Positions 37,725 through 48,006 of a stretch of 64,000 nucleotides of DNA are shown in pieces. Source of the DNA: Candidatus Krumholzibacteriia bacterium (GTDB lineage Bacteria > Krumholzibacteriota > Krumholzibacteriia > JAJRXK01). Positions within the stretch are counted from its first letter, which is position 1. Each line of letters opens with the position of its first letter. The position numbers and the translations under genes were made by a program. Where the stretch lies: the NCBI GenBank assembly GCA_041484665.1, contig JBGPIA010000004.1, forward strand, positions 32,001-96,000, written 5' to 3'. The notes below the pieces were generated by a model. The model was not told where the DNA came from. It made no database searches and saw nothing but the letters and a program-made list of their open reading frames with translations.

Positions 37725-39317
37725 TCAGGGCGCCGCGCCCGCGGCGCCGCCTCCCGCGGGCCACGTCAGTTGCAACGTCCACCCACCGACCGGTGTGAAG
37801 CGGACGGCGGGATCGCGGCGCAGCGCGCGGGCGACCTCGTCATGCCACGTGCGCAACTTTGCGCGGCCCTCGAAGGCTGCCACAGGGTCCGCGGCAACGT
37901 CCGCGGCTGGCGCGCTGCCGGGGATCGGATCGGTGCCGCCCGCCACCGTCGCGCCAGGGCCCGGTGCAGCGAGCGCCTCCTCCAGCCGCAGGTCCATCCA
38001 CCGCCCTCGCGCGCCGGCCCGCGGCGGGCGGATCTCCCAGCGCCGTTGTCCCGTGCCCGGCTCCCAACACCACACCTCCCAGGTGCGCGCCTGCGGGTGC
38101 GCCTCCGGCGGAAGCCACACCGGAGCCACCCATGCCGCGTCCGGCGCAGGCCACACCAGCGGTCGCGCGGGACCGGCGCCGCCGCGCAGATCGTAGACCG
38201 TCCACGTGCGCGCCGGCGCGGACGGGAACAGCTCGCGCAGGCGCAGTCGTGGGTGCAGGCGTGCTGCCGTCACGGGCGCGCCCAACGCCAACCAGGCTGC
38301 CGCCGCCGCGGCCAGCAGTAAGAGCGCGGCGCGGGGACCGCGACGTACGAGACCCCGTGCGGCGCCGGGCGCAGCGCCAGCGGTGCCCGCCGCAACGAGC
38401 GGGCGCAGCGCCAGCGGCAGCGCGAGCGTACCGGCGGCCAGCGCGGCGAGCGCCGGCCAGGCTGGCCACCGCAGCGGCGCGACCGCGGCCAGCGCGCCCG
38501 CGAGCGCCAGGTCCAACGTCAGGCCGCCCGTTGGGGGCTCGACCGGCACGCTCCAAGCAGGACCGTCGCGCGGCCCCAACGGCCGCCCGTAGCGAGCGGC
38601 CCACTGCTCCAGCGCGCAGGAGACGGCCGCCGACAGTCGCGGCGGGGCGTCGGCGGCCCAGGCGATCCGCTGCACGTCGTGGTAGGCCGCCACGCGCGCG
38701 GAGAGCGCGGGTGCGGGCAAACGAATCCAGGTGATCTCGCCCGGCCCGCCATCGCGCGCCGCGTCCGCCGGCCCCTCCTCCAGCACCCGGCGCACGCCGT
38801 GTTCGCCGCCCACGAACAAGGCGACCCGCGCGTACGGCGGCAGCGCCGTCAGCGGGCGATCGACGCTCGCCCACGACTCGCCCGCTGCGTCCTGCAAGGT
38901 CGCGGTGACCAGCACGTCCTGAGAGTGCAGCGGGAGCGCCGCGTCGACGATCTGCGGCGTGCCGGGCAGCAGCGAGAGAGGCAGCACGAGCGTCCAGGCC
39001 ACCGGCCCGCCCTTGGGGGTGAGGCGCAGCGTCCACGGCTGCGCCGACACGCCCACCGCGGCGTCGTCGGGCAGCCGCACGACCGCCCGCACGGGCACCA
39101 CGCCTCCACGCACGGCCAACCCGTCCCAGCCCACCTGCAGGGAGAGATAGACGTCCGCCTGCGCCGGCTCGGGCGCCAGCGCGGCGGACACGCCGACGGA
39201 GAAGATGCCCGCGGCGGAGACGCCTGCGGCGAGCGAACACCAGGCGATCGCTGCAGCGACCGCGGCGGCCGCCGCGCGGCGCGCGCGACGCGGGCTACTG
39301 CTTCTTGCCGTCCCCAT
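37725..39317 (-). CDS. Hypothetical exported/membrane protein
   Basis: Signal peptide, VGWDG...GGVVPVRAVV Ig-like segment, internal TM segments; overlaps the upstream stop. Confidence 0.5.
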   Translation of the reverse strand: MGTARSSSPRRARRAAAAAVAAAIAWCSLAAGVSAAGIFSVGVSAALAPEPAQADVYLSLQVGWDGLAVRGGVVPVRAVVRLPDDAAVGVSAQPWTLRLTPKGGPVAWTLVLPLSLLPGTPQIVDAALPLHSQDVLVTATLQDAAGESWASVDRPLTALPPYARVALFVGGEHGVRRVLEEGPADAARDGGPGEITWIRLPAPALSARVAAYHDVQRIAWAADAPPRLSAAVSCALEQWAARYGRPLGPRDGPAWSVPVEPPTGGLTLDLALAGALAAVAPLRWPAWPALAALAAGTLALPLALRPLVAAGTAGAAPGAARGLVRRGPRAALLLLAAAAAAWLALGAPVTAARLHPRLRLRELFPSAPARTWTVYDLRGGAGPARPLVWPAPDAAWVAPVWLPPEAHPQARTWEVWCWEPGTGQRRWEIRPPRAGARGRWMDLRLEEALAAPGPGATVAGGTDPIPGSAPAADVAADPVAAFEGRAKLRTWHDEVARALRRDPAVRFTPVGGWTLQLTWPAGGGAAGAAP

Positions 39318-40425
39318 CGCCGGCCTCGAGGGCCAGGACGGCGAACGCCGTCACGAGGCTGGGATCGCGCTCCCACCAGCGATCGTTGTCATTGACCCAG
39401 TAACCATCGGGCTTTTGCAGCGACGCGAGCTTGGTGACGAGCTCGGCGTACCAGTCGTGGGAGACGCCCTTCTCGTCGACGAAGGAGACGTCGCCAAGCG
39501 CCGCCAGGGCCTTGGCCATCGTGTGGTAGTAGTAGAAGAGCCCCTGCGTGCCCATACCCGGATTGTCGTCGACGGAATAATGCGACTTCAGCCAGCGCAC
39601 CGCCGCCTGCACCCGCGGGTCGTTCTTGTCCACGCCGGCGTAGAGGAAGCTCTTGAGCCCCGCGTAGGTCATGCTCCCGTAGCTGCGCCCGCCCGGCACC
39701 ATACTGTGCTCGGGGTCGGGCAGGTAGATGAACCCGCCGTCATTGCCCGCCCATGGCTGGTCGTTGGTCTCGCTGTAGTTCTGGCAGCGCTGCAGGAACA
39801 CGATGGCTTTCTGCCACATGGGATCGCTGCGGTCGTTGCTGGTCTCGGCCATGGCCTGCAGGGCCAGCTGCAGATTGCTCAGGTCGGGCCGCTCGTCGTT
39901 GCCGTAGCCGATCCCGCCGTAGAACTTGTCCTGCTTGCCGTACCCATCGCCCTCATCGGCCTGCTCCTTCGTGAGGAAGGTGCGCCCCTTCTGGATGGCG
40001 GCATCGTACTGCGCGTTGCCCGTGGCCTTCAGCGCCATGAGCGCCACGGCCGTGGTGTACACCGCCAGGTCTCCCTTGCTGATGCTGCCGTCCTCCTTCT
40101 GCAGGGACAGCAGATAGCTCACCGCGTGGCGGATAAAGGGACCGTCGGTCTCCCGGTACGCCCGTGGGCTGCGGCAGTAGGCTGTGAGCACCAGCGCCGT
40201 GACGCCGGGGTGGTCCGACCAGGAGCCGTCCTCGGCCTGCTTCGTGCGCAGCCACTTCAGACCCCGGTCGATGCTGTCCTTGGCCACGGCGCGCGGATCC
40301 TTGTCGGCGCTGCGCGCGGGCGGCGCCGCTGCCGGAAAAGCGAAGGCGCACGCGACGGCGAGTGCGAGCAGCGCGGCTCGGTGGGGCGCGCGGCGGCGCC
40401 CTGAGCCAGCGATGGAGCACATCAT
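39295..40425 (-). CDS. Secreted prenyltransferase/squalene-cyclase-repeat (alpha/alpha toroid) protein
   Basis: QW-like repeats GLKWLRTKQAEDGSW, LLSLQKEDGSI, LASLQKPDGYW; DLSNLQLAL; YGSMTYAGL. Confidence 0.8.
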   Translation of the reverse strand: MMCSIAGSGRRRAPHRAALLALAVACAFAFPAAAPPARSADKDPRAVAKDSIDRGLKWLRTKQAEDGSWSDHPGVTALVLTAYCRSPRAYRETDGPFIRHAVSYLLSLQKEDGSISKGDLAVYTTAVALMALKATGNAQYDAAIQKGRTFLTKEQADEGDGYGKQDKFYGGIGYGNDERPDLSNLQLALQAMAETSNDRSDPMWQKAIVFLQRCQNYSETNDQPWAGNDGGFIYLPDPEHSMVPGGRSYGSMTYAGLKSFLYAGVDKNDPRVQAAVRWLKSHYSVDDNPGMGTQGLFYYYHTMAKALAALGDVSFVDEKGVSHDWYAELVTKLASLQKPDGYWVNDNDRWWERDPSLVTAFAVLALEAGDGDGKKQ

Positions 40426-40479
40426 GATCTCCTCTCCTTCGATGCGATCGATAGCGTCATGGTCGATCCAACTGGAGCG

Positions 40480-41301
40480 TCAGGCGGCGCGGTAGCGTCC
40501 CCAAGGGGGCAGTGCCCACGCCAGGAGCACGCCCAACAGCGGCAGCAACGCCGCCACCGCAGCAGGTGGATACTCGAATCGGGATAGACCCAGCGCGGAG
40601 CCGCCGTACCAGAGGCCGTGACGCAGGAGGTCCTGTCCGGCTGCGGTCGCGGCGGCGAGCACGGGGTTGAGCAGGATCAATGCCGGGGCGTAGGCGCGGC
40701 TGGGCAGGACCAAGTCGAGGGCCGGCGGGGCCCAGAACGCGCTGGTCATGAGCAGAGCGAGCGCGCCGAACAAGAGCGCCACCGCCGCGCGCGCGGCGCC
40801 CAGGCGCTCCTGCAGCCATAGGCGCACGGCGCCCAGGCCCAGGCCGAGGGAGAGCGCGTGGAGGTGCAGCCACATAATCGAAGCGGGGCGCGCCGGAGTG
40901 CTTGGCCCCACCAGCAGCCACAGTGCCGCGGCCGCGCTGAGCGGCGGCGCGAGGTCGCCAGCCAGCGCGGCGACGGCGCCGGCGAGGATGCGGCGTCCGG
41001 CACCGGGGATCAGGCAGGCCTGCTCCATCACGCCGACAGCGCGGCGGCGGGGCTGGTCCACGCGCGACAGCAGCAGCACGTATGCGCTGACGCCGGCCAC
41101 CAGAGCCCCCAGATACGCGGCGAACAGCGCCGTCCACCACCAGCGCGCAGCGGGCGCGCCCCGCGCGCTGAGCGCGTCGGCCGCCAGCAGCAACCACAGC
41201 AGCGCGACCACGCCCAAGACACCGGCGGCGCGCGCGATCCTGCGCGTCACGCGCGCGGTCGGGCCCGCCGTCGGGCTGGCTGCAAGGTCGAAGCGTCCCA
41301 C
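40480..41301 (-). CDS. Membrane protein, ABC-2 permease-like
   Basis: Multiple TM helices, LLNPVLA motif. Confidence 0.45.
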   Translation of the reverse strand: MGRFDLAASPTAGPTARVTRRIARAAGVLGVVALLWLLLAADALSARGAPAARWWWTALFAAYLGALVAGVSAYVLLLSRVDQPRRRAVGVMEQACLIPGAGRRILAGAVAALAGDLAPPLSAAAALWLLVGPSTPARPASIMWLHLHALSLGLGLGAVRLWLQERLGAARAAVALLFGALALLMTSAFWAPPALDLVLPSRAYAPALILLNPVLAAATAAGQDLLRHGLWYGGSALGLSRFEYPPAAVAALLPLLGVLLAWALPPWGRYRAA

Positions 41302-41302
41302 C

Positions 41303-42196
41303 CTACTCCCTGGCGCCGTGCTGGGTGCGTGCGTCCACGAGGATCAGTTCGACGGGAGTCCCGGGCGGGGGCATGCGGTCCTTGTACACCTCGTAGACGG
41401 TATCGTCGGCACCGTCCTCCAGCGGGTTGTCCAGGATCGAGAAGGGGTCGTGATAGGTCGTGATGATCTGGCCCTCGACCTGCGCCATGAACGATCCGTT
41501 GATCACCTGGCTGCCGGAGAAGACCCACTCCACGTGGCGCATGGGCTTGGCCTCGTGCACGTTCCACACGAGGTCCTCGGCGCGCCATTTCTGCGCGGAT
41601 TCCCCCTTGCCCCACCGCACCCAGGCCGTCACCGGATCGCCTTCGGGGCGGCGCGCCTCTCCCTGCTCCTTGAGGGCGCGGCCGTATTCCAGACCCAGCG
41701 CGAGCAGGGCCGTCTCCAGATGCAGCGGATCGACATCGATCTGCAGCGCGGACTCATGGAGCTTGCCGCGCGCGGTGCACGCGAAGACCTCGATCAGGCC
41801 CTCCTGCATGTTCACCTTTCCAGGGCAGGTGATGGAGCCCTCCTGCTTGTCGAGCACCAGGTTCCCCAGCCGGAAGCGGCCATCGGGCAGCTTCTCGAGC
41901 ACGGGGGGCGCGGAGGTCTGCGTTCGCGCCGGCGCTCCTGGAGTCAGGGGCGGGTTGGCCCGCGCCGGCGGCGCGGGGGACGGGGATGGCGCTGCCGCAG
42001 GCGGCTGGGCCGACGCGGGCCCCGTGGACAGCGCCAGCATCACCGCAAGCGCGGGCAGTACGGCACGCGCCGGCAGCGCGGCGAGCGCCAGTCGCGCGCG
42101 CAGGGCCAGCGCCCTGGTCCAGGGGACGCGGCCGGTCCGCACGGGCCGTCCCAGGGCCCAGGCGCAAAGGAGGATCGTGGCGCGGTGAGATTGCAC
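41303..42196 (-). CDS. YdjY-like exported protein (start uncertain)
   Basis: IEVFACTARGKLHES, HLETALLALG, WVFSGS, PPPGTPVELI. Confidence 0.65.
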   Translation of the reverse strand: MQSHRATILLCAWALGRPVRTGRVPWTRALALRARLALAALPARAVLPALAVMLALSTGPASAQPPAAAPSPSPAPPARANPPLTPGAPARTQTSAPPVLEKLPDGRFRLGNLVLDKQEGSITCPGKVNMQEGLIEVFACTARGKLHESALQIDVDPLHLETALLALGLEYGRALKEQGEARRPEGDPVTAWVRWGKGESAQKWRAEDLVWNVHEAKPMRHVEWVFSGSQVINGSFMAQVEGQIITTYHDPFSILDNPLEDGADDTVYEVYKDRMPPPGTPVELILVDARTQHGARE

Positions 42197-42401
42197 GGGG
42201 CTCTCCGTTGAAGCGGGGCAGGCTCACGTGGGCAGCGATGCGCGGAAGTCTAGGCCCACCGTGGCGCGCGGGCAAGCGGAGCGGCGCCGCCACGTGGATC
42301 GTGCTGTCGCCAACGCCGCGACATCCGGCCGCTGGTTGCGGTCGCGCGGCCTGGCGGCGCTTTGCACCGGCCGCAAGCCCGATGTAGGCTCGCGCGCGCC
42401 C

Positions 42402-43796
42402 ATGGCCCTGCCCACACCGTCGACGCTCGCCAGCCGGCTGGCGCTGGCCATCGCCGCGCTGCTCGCCGGCACCGCCATCGCGCTCGCGGCGGCGGTGAGC
42501 GCGTCCTTGCTACGCGAATACGATCGCAGCGTCGACGAGCGTCTGCTGCAGCTGGGCACGACGCTCTCGTCGAGCGGGTTGCGCCTGGACGACCGGCTGC
42601 TGGGCTGGGCCGGGCGGATGACGCGCGACGAGCTGGCCGTGGTCCAGCGCGACACGGTGCTCGCCTCGACCCTGGCGGGGCCCGCGCGCGCCGCGCTGCG
42701 AGCGACACTCGCCCGCCGCTTGGACGAGCCGGCGGGGCGCACGCCCGCGCCTTCGGCCGTCGCGCTCGCCGGGCGGGCCTATCGGGTCGCCGTGGTCCCA
42801 CTGCTGCGTACCGAGCTGCACGCCTCGACCTGGCTGGTCGCGCTGGCACCGCTGGATGCATTGGCGCGCACGCGGCGCGTGATCTGGGGCACGGCGGCGC
42901 TCGCCGCGCTGGCCACGGCAGCGCTGGCGGTGGCCGTCGCCCGGGGCATCGCCCGGTCGGTTGCGCGCCCCGTCGAGCAGCTGGTGGCAGCCACCGAGCG
43001 GCTGGCCGGCGGCGATCTCGCCGTACGCGTACCGGCGTCCGGGCCGGCGGAGGTCGCGCGCATCAGCTCGGCCTTCAACGCCATGGCGGAGGCGCTGCGC
43101 AGCTCGCGTGCCTCCCTGCTGGAAGCGGAGCGGCTGGCGGCGGTGGGCAAGATGGCGGCCAGCGTGGCCCACGAGGTGCGCAACCCGCTGTCGGGGATGC
43201 GGCTCTCGGCGCAGCTGGCCGCGGGCGCCCCGGGGCTCGACGCGCCGACCCGCGAAGCGCTGCAGGCGGTCATCGAAGAGATCGACCGGCTCGAGCTGGT
43301 GGTCGGGGGACTGCTCGACCGCGCGCGGCCGCGCCCCATCCAGCCCCGGATGGCCACCCTGTCCGAGCTGATCGATCCGATGCAGCGGCTGCTCACCCCA
43401 CGGCTCGCACACCAGGGAACGCCCCTGCGTGTGGAGGTCGACCCGCAGCTGCCGGCGCTGCCGCTGGACGTCGCTGCCCTCAAACAGGTCGTGTACAATC
43501 TCGTCCTCAATGCCGCGGAGGAGACGCGAGCGGGGGGCGAGATCGTGCTGCGCGCGGAGCGCAGCGGCGATTGGCTGCAGCTCACGGTGCTCGATCGCGG
43601 GCGCGGATTTACTGCGGAGGCCCTGCAGCGGGCCTTCGAGCCCTTCTTCACCACCAAGCCGGAGGGCTTCGGGCTGGGGCTCGCCAACGCACGATCCGTG
43701 ATCCAGGGGCACGGCGGCCGCGTCGAGATCGCCAACCGCGACGGAGGCGGCGCGCGGGTAACGACTTGGCTTCCGCTGCGGCCGCCGCCGGCGTGA
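42402..43796 (+). CDS. HAMP-domain sensor histidine kinase
   Basis: AFNAMAEAL, MAASVAHEVRNPL, NLVLNA, FFTTKPEGFGLGL. Confidence 0.9.
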   Translation: MALPTPSTLASRLALAIAALLAGTAIALAAAVSASLLREYDRSVDERLLQLGTTLSSSGLRLDDRLLGWAGRMTRDELAVVQRDTVLASTLAGPARAALRATLARRLDEPAGRTPAPSAVALAGRAYRVAVVPLLRTELHASTWLVALAPLDALARTRRVIWGTAALAALATAALAVAVARGIARSVARPVEQLVAATERLAGGDLAVRVPASGPAEVARISSAFNAMAEALRSSRASLLEAERLAAVGKMAASVAHEVRNPLSGMRLSAQLAAGAPGLDAPTREALQAVIEEIDRLELVVGGLLDRARPRPIQPRMATLSELIDPMQRLLTPRLAHQGTPLRVEVDPQLPALPLDVAALKQVVYNLVLNAAEETRAGGEIVLRAERSGDWLQLTVLDRGRGFTAEALQRAFEPFFTTKPEGFGLGLANARSVIQGHGGRVEIANRDGGGARVTTWLPLRPPPA

Positions 43797-43899
43797 CGGT
43801 GGTGCGCTCTCCAGAACTCGCCGCGACCCCGGCGGTCGCGCCCCGCTGGCCCGCCTGCCAAGTGCCGCGCTGGCCAAGGCAGCACACGCGGAGGAGCAC

Positions 43900-45390
43900 A
43901 TGGCCTCCATCCTGATCGTCGACGACGAGCCCAACATCTGCTCGGCGCTGCAGCGTTTCCTGGAGGGCCACGGGCACCGCTGCTCCGTGGCCGGCAACGG
44001 CGATCAGGCGCGAGCGCTGGCGCAGCGTGACCGGCCCGACGTCGTCCTGCTGGACGTGCGCCTGCCGGGCGAGTCCGGCCTGACCGTCCTGTCCGCGCTG
44101 CGCACCATCGTTCCGCAGGCGCAGGTGCTGGTGATGACCGCCTACGGGACGATGGAGACGGCCATCGCGGCGATGCGCGAGGGGGCCTTCGAGTACCTGC
44201 TCAAGCCACTGGAGCTCGAGCGCGTGGAGCAGGCGGTGCAGCACGCCCTCCAAGCGCGCGCCCCCGTGGAGCCCGCGCTGCGCGTGGCGTCCAAGCCGCC
44301 ACCGCACGGGGAGCTGGTGGGACGCAGCTCTGCCATGCAGGAGGTCTACAAGACGATCGGGGCGCTCACGCGCCACGACGTCACCGTGGTGATCACCGGT
44401 GAGAGCGGCACGGGCAAGGAGCTCGTGGCGCGGGCCATCCACGAGCACGGTGAGCGGGCCCGCGAGCCTTTCGTGGCGATCCACTGCGGCGCCATCCCGG
44501 TGACGCTGTTGGAAAGCGAGCTCTTCGGCCACGAGCGCGGCAGCTTCACCGACGCCTACGAGACGAAGATCGGCAAGTTCGAGCTGGCCGGCGCGGGGAC
44601 GATCTTCCTGGACGAGATCGCCGAGATGTCGCTGGCGCTGCAGGTGAAGATGCTGCGCGCGCTCCAGGAGCGCGAGATCGAGCGGATCGGGGGGCGCGGG
44701 CCCATCCCCATCAAGGCGCGCATCCTGACGGCGACCCACCGCGACCTCGCCACCCAGGTGGCCAGGGGGCTGTTCCGCGAGGACCTGCTCTACCGCCTGC
44801 AGGTGGCCAGCATTCACCTGCCGCCCTTGCGCGAGCGGCCCGAGGACATCGAGGAGCTGGCGGCGGTGTTCCTGGGGCGCTTCGGCGAGGAGCTCAACAA
44901 GCGCGTGATCGGCATGTCGCGTGCGGCGGTCGATCGGCTGCTGGCCTACAGCTGGCCCGGAAACGTCCGGGAGCTGGAGAACGTCCTCCAGCGAGCGGTG
45001 GTCATGTGCCGCGGGGACGTCATCGATGCGCAGGATCTCCCGCTCTTGATCGGTGCGGATGGCCCCGGGGCGCCCGATTCCGCGGCCGGCGTCGACTGGA
45101 GGCGCTCCCTGCGCCAGTACGCGCACCGGCGGCTCGACGCGCACGCGGGAGGCGAAGGGCTCTACGACGAGATGCTGCTGCGCGTGGAGCAGGTGCTGAT
45201 CGAGGCTGCGCTCGAGCGCCACCAGGGCAACCAGGTGGCAACGGCGCAGGCATTGGGAATCAGCCGTAATACCCTACGCAAGCGGCTGGTGCAGTTCGCC
45301 CTGCTTGCGCCCGAGCCGCACGCCGGCCCGGCGGTTGGAGGCGCGGCTCGCCCGGACACCGCCCGCCCAGGGCCTGGCCGGGGGCGCTGA
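43900..45390 (+). CDS. NtrC-family sigma54-dependent response regulator
   Basis: [57 protein letters not shown]. Confidence 0.93.
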   Translation: MASILIVDDEPNICSALQRFLEGHGHRCSVAGNGDQARALAQRDRPDVVLLDVRLPGESGLTVLSALRTIVPQAQVLVMTAYGTMETAIAAMREGAFEYLLKPLELERVEQAVQHALQARAPVEPALRVASKPPPHGELVGRSSAMQEVYKTIGALTRHDVTVVITGESGTGKELVARAIHEHGERAREPFVAIHCGAIPVTLLESELFGHERGSFTDAYETKIGKFELAGAGTIFLDEIAEMSLALQVKMLRALQEREIERIGGRGPIPIKARILTATHRDLATQVARGLFREDLLYRLQVASIHLPPLRERPEDIEELAAVFLGRFGEELNKRVIGMSRAAVDRLLAYSWPGNVRELENVLQRAVVMCRGDVIDAQDLPLLIGADGPGAPDSAAGVDWRRSLRQYAHRRLDAHAGGEGLYDEMLLRVEQVLIEAALERHQGNQVATAQALGISRNTLRKRLVQFALLAPEPHAGPAVGGAARPDTARPGPGRGR

Positions 45391-45482
45391 CGGCCCACGA
45401 TCACCTCGAGGGCGCCCCCGGCGGGGCGGGCAGTCGCTGGGACGGACCGCCAGGCGCGCCGAGAGCGGGTGGCCGCGCAGCG

Positions 45483-45673
45483 GCGGGAACCGTCCGGGGC
45501 CCTTGAGAACTTGGTCGAGGTAGCGGGGCCAGCTACCCTCTGGGGCAATTATTTTTGTCTAGCCAGCCCGGCCGGGGTTCCTCTATGCTCTGCGCTGCGG
45601 GCTGCCTCCCTTGGCCACTCGGTTCGGCTAACCACGTTCTCCAAAATCCGGGACAGCCTTCGAGGCGGCTCGC
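45483..45673 (+). ncRNA. Candidate structured ncRNA (~190 nt, possibly 6S RNA)
   Basis: Lies between convergent genes; 45492-45515 pairs with 45631-45654 and 45517-45524 with 45601-45608 (G-U pairs favour the + strand); hairpin downstream. Confidence 0.4.
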
Positions 45674-45679
45674 AATTGT

Positions 45680-45709
45680 GGAAGGCCCAGGGCACGCCCT
45701 GGGCCTTCC
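45680..45709. terminator. Strong hairpin, probable terminator
   Basis: ggaaggcccagggc-ac-gccctgggccttcc perfect inverted repeat. Confidence 0.7.
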
Positions 45710-45831
45710 GCCTTGTTGGCCTTGCCGGCCGCTGTGCCGGTCGTTCGTCAGGCCAGCCACCCCGCTGCGCCGTCGTTGCGCTTTTTCCTCACCCCGACGC
45801 CGGCGGGACGTCCTCGCGCGCGGCGAGCCTG

Positions 45832-48006
45832 CTACGACTGCGGGCGCACGAACAGGCTCGTCTCGATCTTGGGATTCACCTCGAATGATGTCACCTCACG
45901 GGACATCTGCTCCTGGCCGGCGTGCAGCGTACGGCTCTTGTGGGGCACGTTGAGCCCCCCCACGGCGCGCACGTCGGAGTAGAAGGTCTCCTCCAGCCCC
46001 GGACTGCGCGTCACCAGGTCCTTGCCCATGGTGGAGGTCTTGAGCAGGACCTTGCTCTGGGTATCGATGTACAGTTTGATCCACTTCTTGTCGCCCACGC
46101 GAGCCAGCACGACGTCGGCGGCGACATCGCCCACCTTCTCCCCTTGCAGGGCCTGGACCTGGAACTGGTCGTAGTGCCCCAGCAAGTACAGCGGATCGGT
46201 CAGGACGGCGTTGGTCAGGTCTTCGGCGTCGCCCCCCGTGACGTCCTGGATCCCCTGCGGCCCCTTGGCCCAGCCGGAGCTCCCGTTGAGCACCTGGATC
46301 ATTTCGCCGAACGGCAGCTTGATCGACGCGTGCATCTTGTCCGGGAAGATGATCGATTGGGTGGTCGAGGCCGACAGGGACATGCCCTGGATCGAGAGGC
46401 CCACCGACTCGGACACGCGCAGCGCCTTCAGGTCGCGCAGCGCCTTACCGCCCATCGCCGTCTGCGCCGACGCCAGGATCGCCCGCCCACGCTCGATGGT
46501 CTCGGTCGTCGGCGGTGGGAACTCCTCCCCCTTCGGCTCGGGGATGGTGATGTCGAGCTTCTCCACCGGCCCGAACTGGCTGAGGTCGTTGTCCCACTCG
46601 GCGGTCTTGCCCACGGCCACGATGGCGAACTCGTCGGGGTGGATGCGGCGCTTGGCCACGTCCTGCACGGCAGGGATGTCGACCTTCTTGATCCCCTCGA
46701 CGTACTTGTCGAGGAAATCGCTGGGATAGCCGTAGTACTCGTAGCTCAAGAGCCGTATCAGCACCTGCGAGCGCTGCGCGAAGTTGAAGACATGGCTGTT
46801 GAGGATGGCGTCCTTGGCGTTCTCCAGCTCCTTCTCGCTGACCGGCTGGCTGCGCATCTTCTCGATCTCGCCCAGCACCGCCTGCAGCGCGTCGTCGGTG
46901 GTGCTGCTCTTGGTGCCGCAGTAGGCCAGGAACGTCCCCTCGTGGTCCAGCGCCGTGCCGTCCGTGCTGCCCACCGCGTAGGCGTAGCCCAGTTTGCTGC
47001 GCACCTCGTTGAACAGGCGGTCCCCGAAGCCGCCGCCCAGGATGCGGTTCATGACCCTCATGGCGAAGTAGTCGGGGTCGTCTGCGCGCATTCCCACGTG
47101 GCCCGCGGCGAACCAGCTCTGCGTGACATCCTCCTTATTGGCGACCAGCACGCGGCGCGAGCCGCCCTTGGGCGCCTTGGGGAGCGGCGGCAGCGGATTG
47201 TCCGTCTTGGGCCAGTCGGCGAGTACGGCCTTGACCTGCTGCAGCATCGCCGGCGCGTCGAAGTCTCCCCATACCGCCATCATCATGCGGTTGGGGTGGT
47301 AGAAATAGTCGTAGAACGTCACCAGGTCGTTGCGCTTGACGGCGTCGATGGTGGCGTACTCGGCGTGGCGCGCGTAGGGATGGTCTGGACCCCACACCGC
47401 CTTGGACACCTCGCGCTGCAGCACGCTCTGCATCTCGTCATTGCGCCGGGCGATGGCCGCGCGCTGGGCGGTCTTGGTGACGTCGATCTTCTCCTGGTCG
47501 AAGGCCGGGTTGCGCAGCACGTCCCCCACCAGCTCCAGCCCGCGCTTGGCGTCCTTGCTCAGGAAGCTGAAGGAGACCGTCCCTTCGGTCTCGTCGATCC
47601 CGGACTCGATATAGGCGCCCATGCGCTCCAGCTGCTCGTCGAGCTCGTCGCCCGAGATGCTCTTCGTGCCGCCGCTGCGCAGCACCTCGGCTTCGATCTG
47701 TGCGAGCCCCACCTTGTCGGGCGGTTCGTAGGCCGAGCCGGTGCGGACGAGGACCTGGCCCTCCACCATGGGCCAGGTGTGGTCCGGCATGAGGTAGACG
47801 ACCAGCCCGTTCTCCAACACGTGGCGCTGGTAGTCGGGCTGATGGACCTGTCCCAGCTCCGGGAACTTGAAGCGCTCCCAGGTCTTCTTTGCGGCGAGCG
47901 CCGCGCGGGGCGCTGCGGTGGCGGAGCACCAGAGGACTGCCGCCAGCAGGACGGCCGTCCGCGCCATGGCGCGCCGGCGGGTGCGGGTGAAGCTGTCAGC
48001 TCGCAT
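45832..48006 (-). CDS. M16 peptidase non-catalytic subunit with extra C-terminal beta-rich domain
   Basis: LENGLVVYL, no HxxEH, ILGGGFGDRLFNEVRSKLGYAY; alternative start at 47967. Confidence 0.85.
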   Translation of the reverse strand: MRADSFTRTRRRAMARTAVLLAAVLWCSATAAPRAALAAKKTWERFKFPELGQVHQPDYQRHVLENGLVVYLMPDHTWPMVEGQVLVRTGSAYEPPDKVGLAQIEAEVLRSGGTKSISGDELDEQLERMGAYIESGIDETEGTVSFSFLSKDAKRGLELVGDVLRNPAFDQEKIDVTKTAQRAAIARRNDEMQSVLQREVSKAVWGPDHPYARHAEYATIDAVKRNDLVTFYDYFYHPNRMMMAVWGDFDAPAMLQQVKAVLADWPKTDNPLPPLPKAPKGGSRRVLVANKEDVTQSWFAAGHVGMRADDPDYFAMRVMNRILGGGFGDRLFNEVRSKLGYAYAVGSTDGTALDHEGTFLAYCGTKSSTTDDALQAVLGEIEKMRSQPVSEKELENAKDAILNSHVFNFAQRSQVLIRLLSYEYYGYPSDFLDKYVEGIKKVDIPAVQDVAKRRIHPDEFAIVAVGKTAEWDNDLSQFGPVEKLDITIPEPKGEEFPPPTTETIERGRAILASAQTAMGGKALRDLKALRVSESVGLSIQGMSLSASTTQSIIFPDKMHASIKLPFGEMIQVLNGSSGWAKGPQGIQDVTGGDAEDLTNAVLTDPLYLLGHYDQFQVQALQGEKVGDVAADVVLARVGDKKWIKLYIDTQSKVLLKTSTMGKDLVTRSPGLEETFYSDVRAVGGLNVPHKSRTLHAGQEQMSREVTSFEVNPKIETSLFVRPQS

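Noticed and set aside
42352..42366. TGGCGGCGCTTTGCA as a sigma54 promoter
   Set aside because: GG-to-GC spacing is 9 rather than 10
45483..45673. tmRNA, SRP RNA or tRNA identity for the structured region
   Set aside because: No tRNA-like ends or tag ending in AA-stop, no SRP GNRA/AGCAG helix, no cloverleaf
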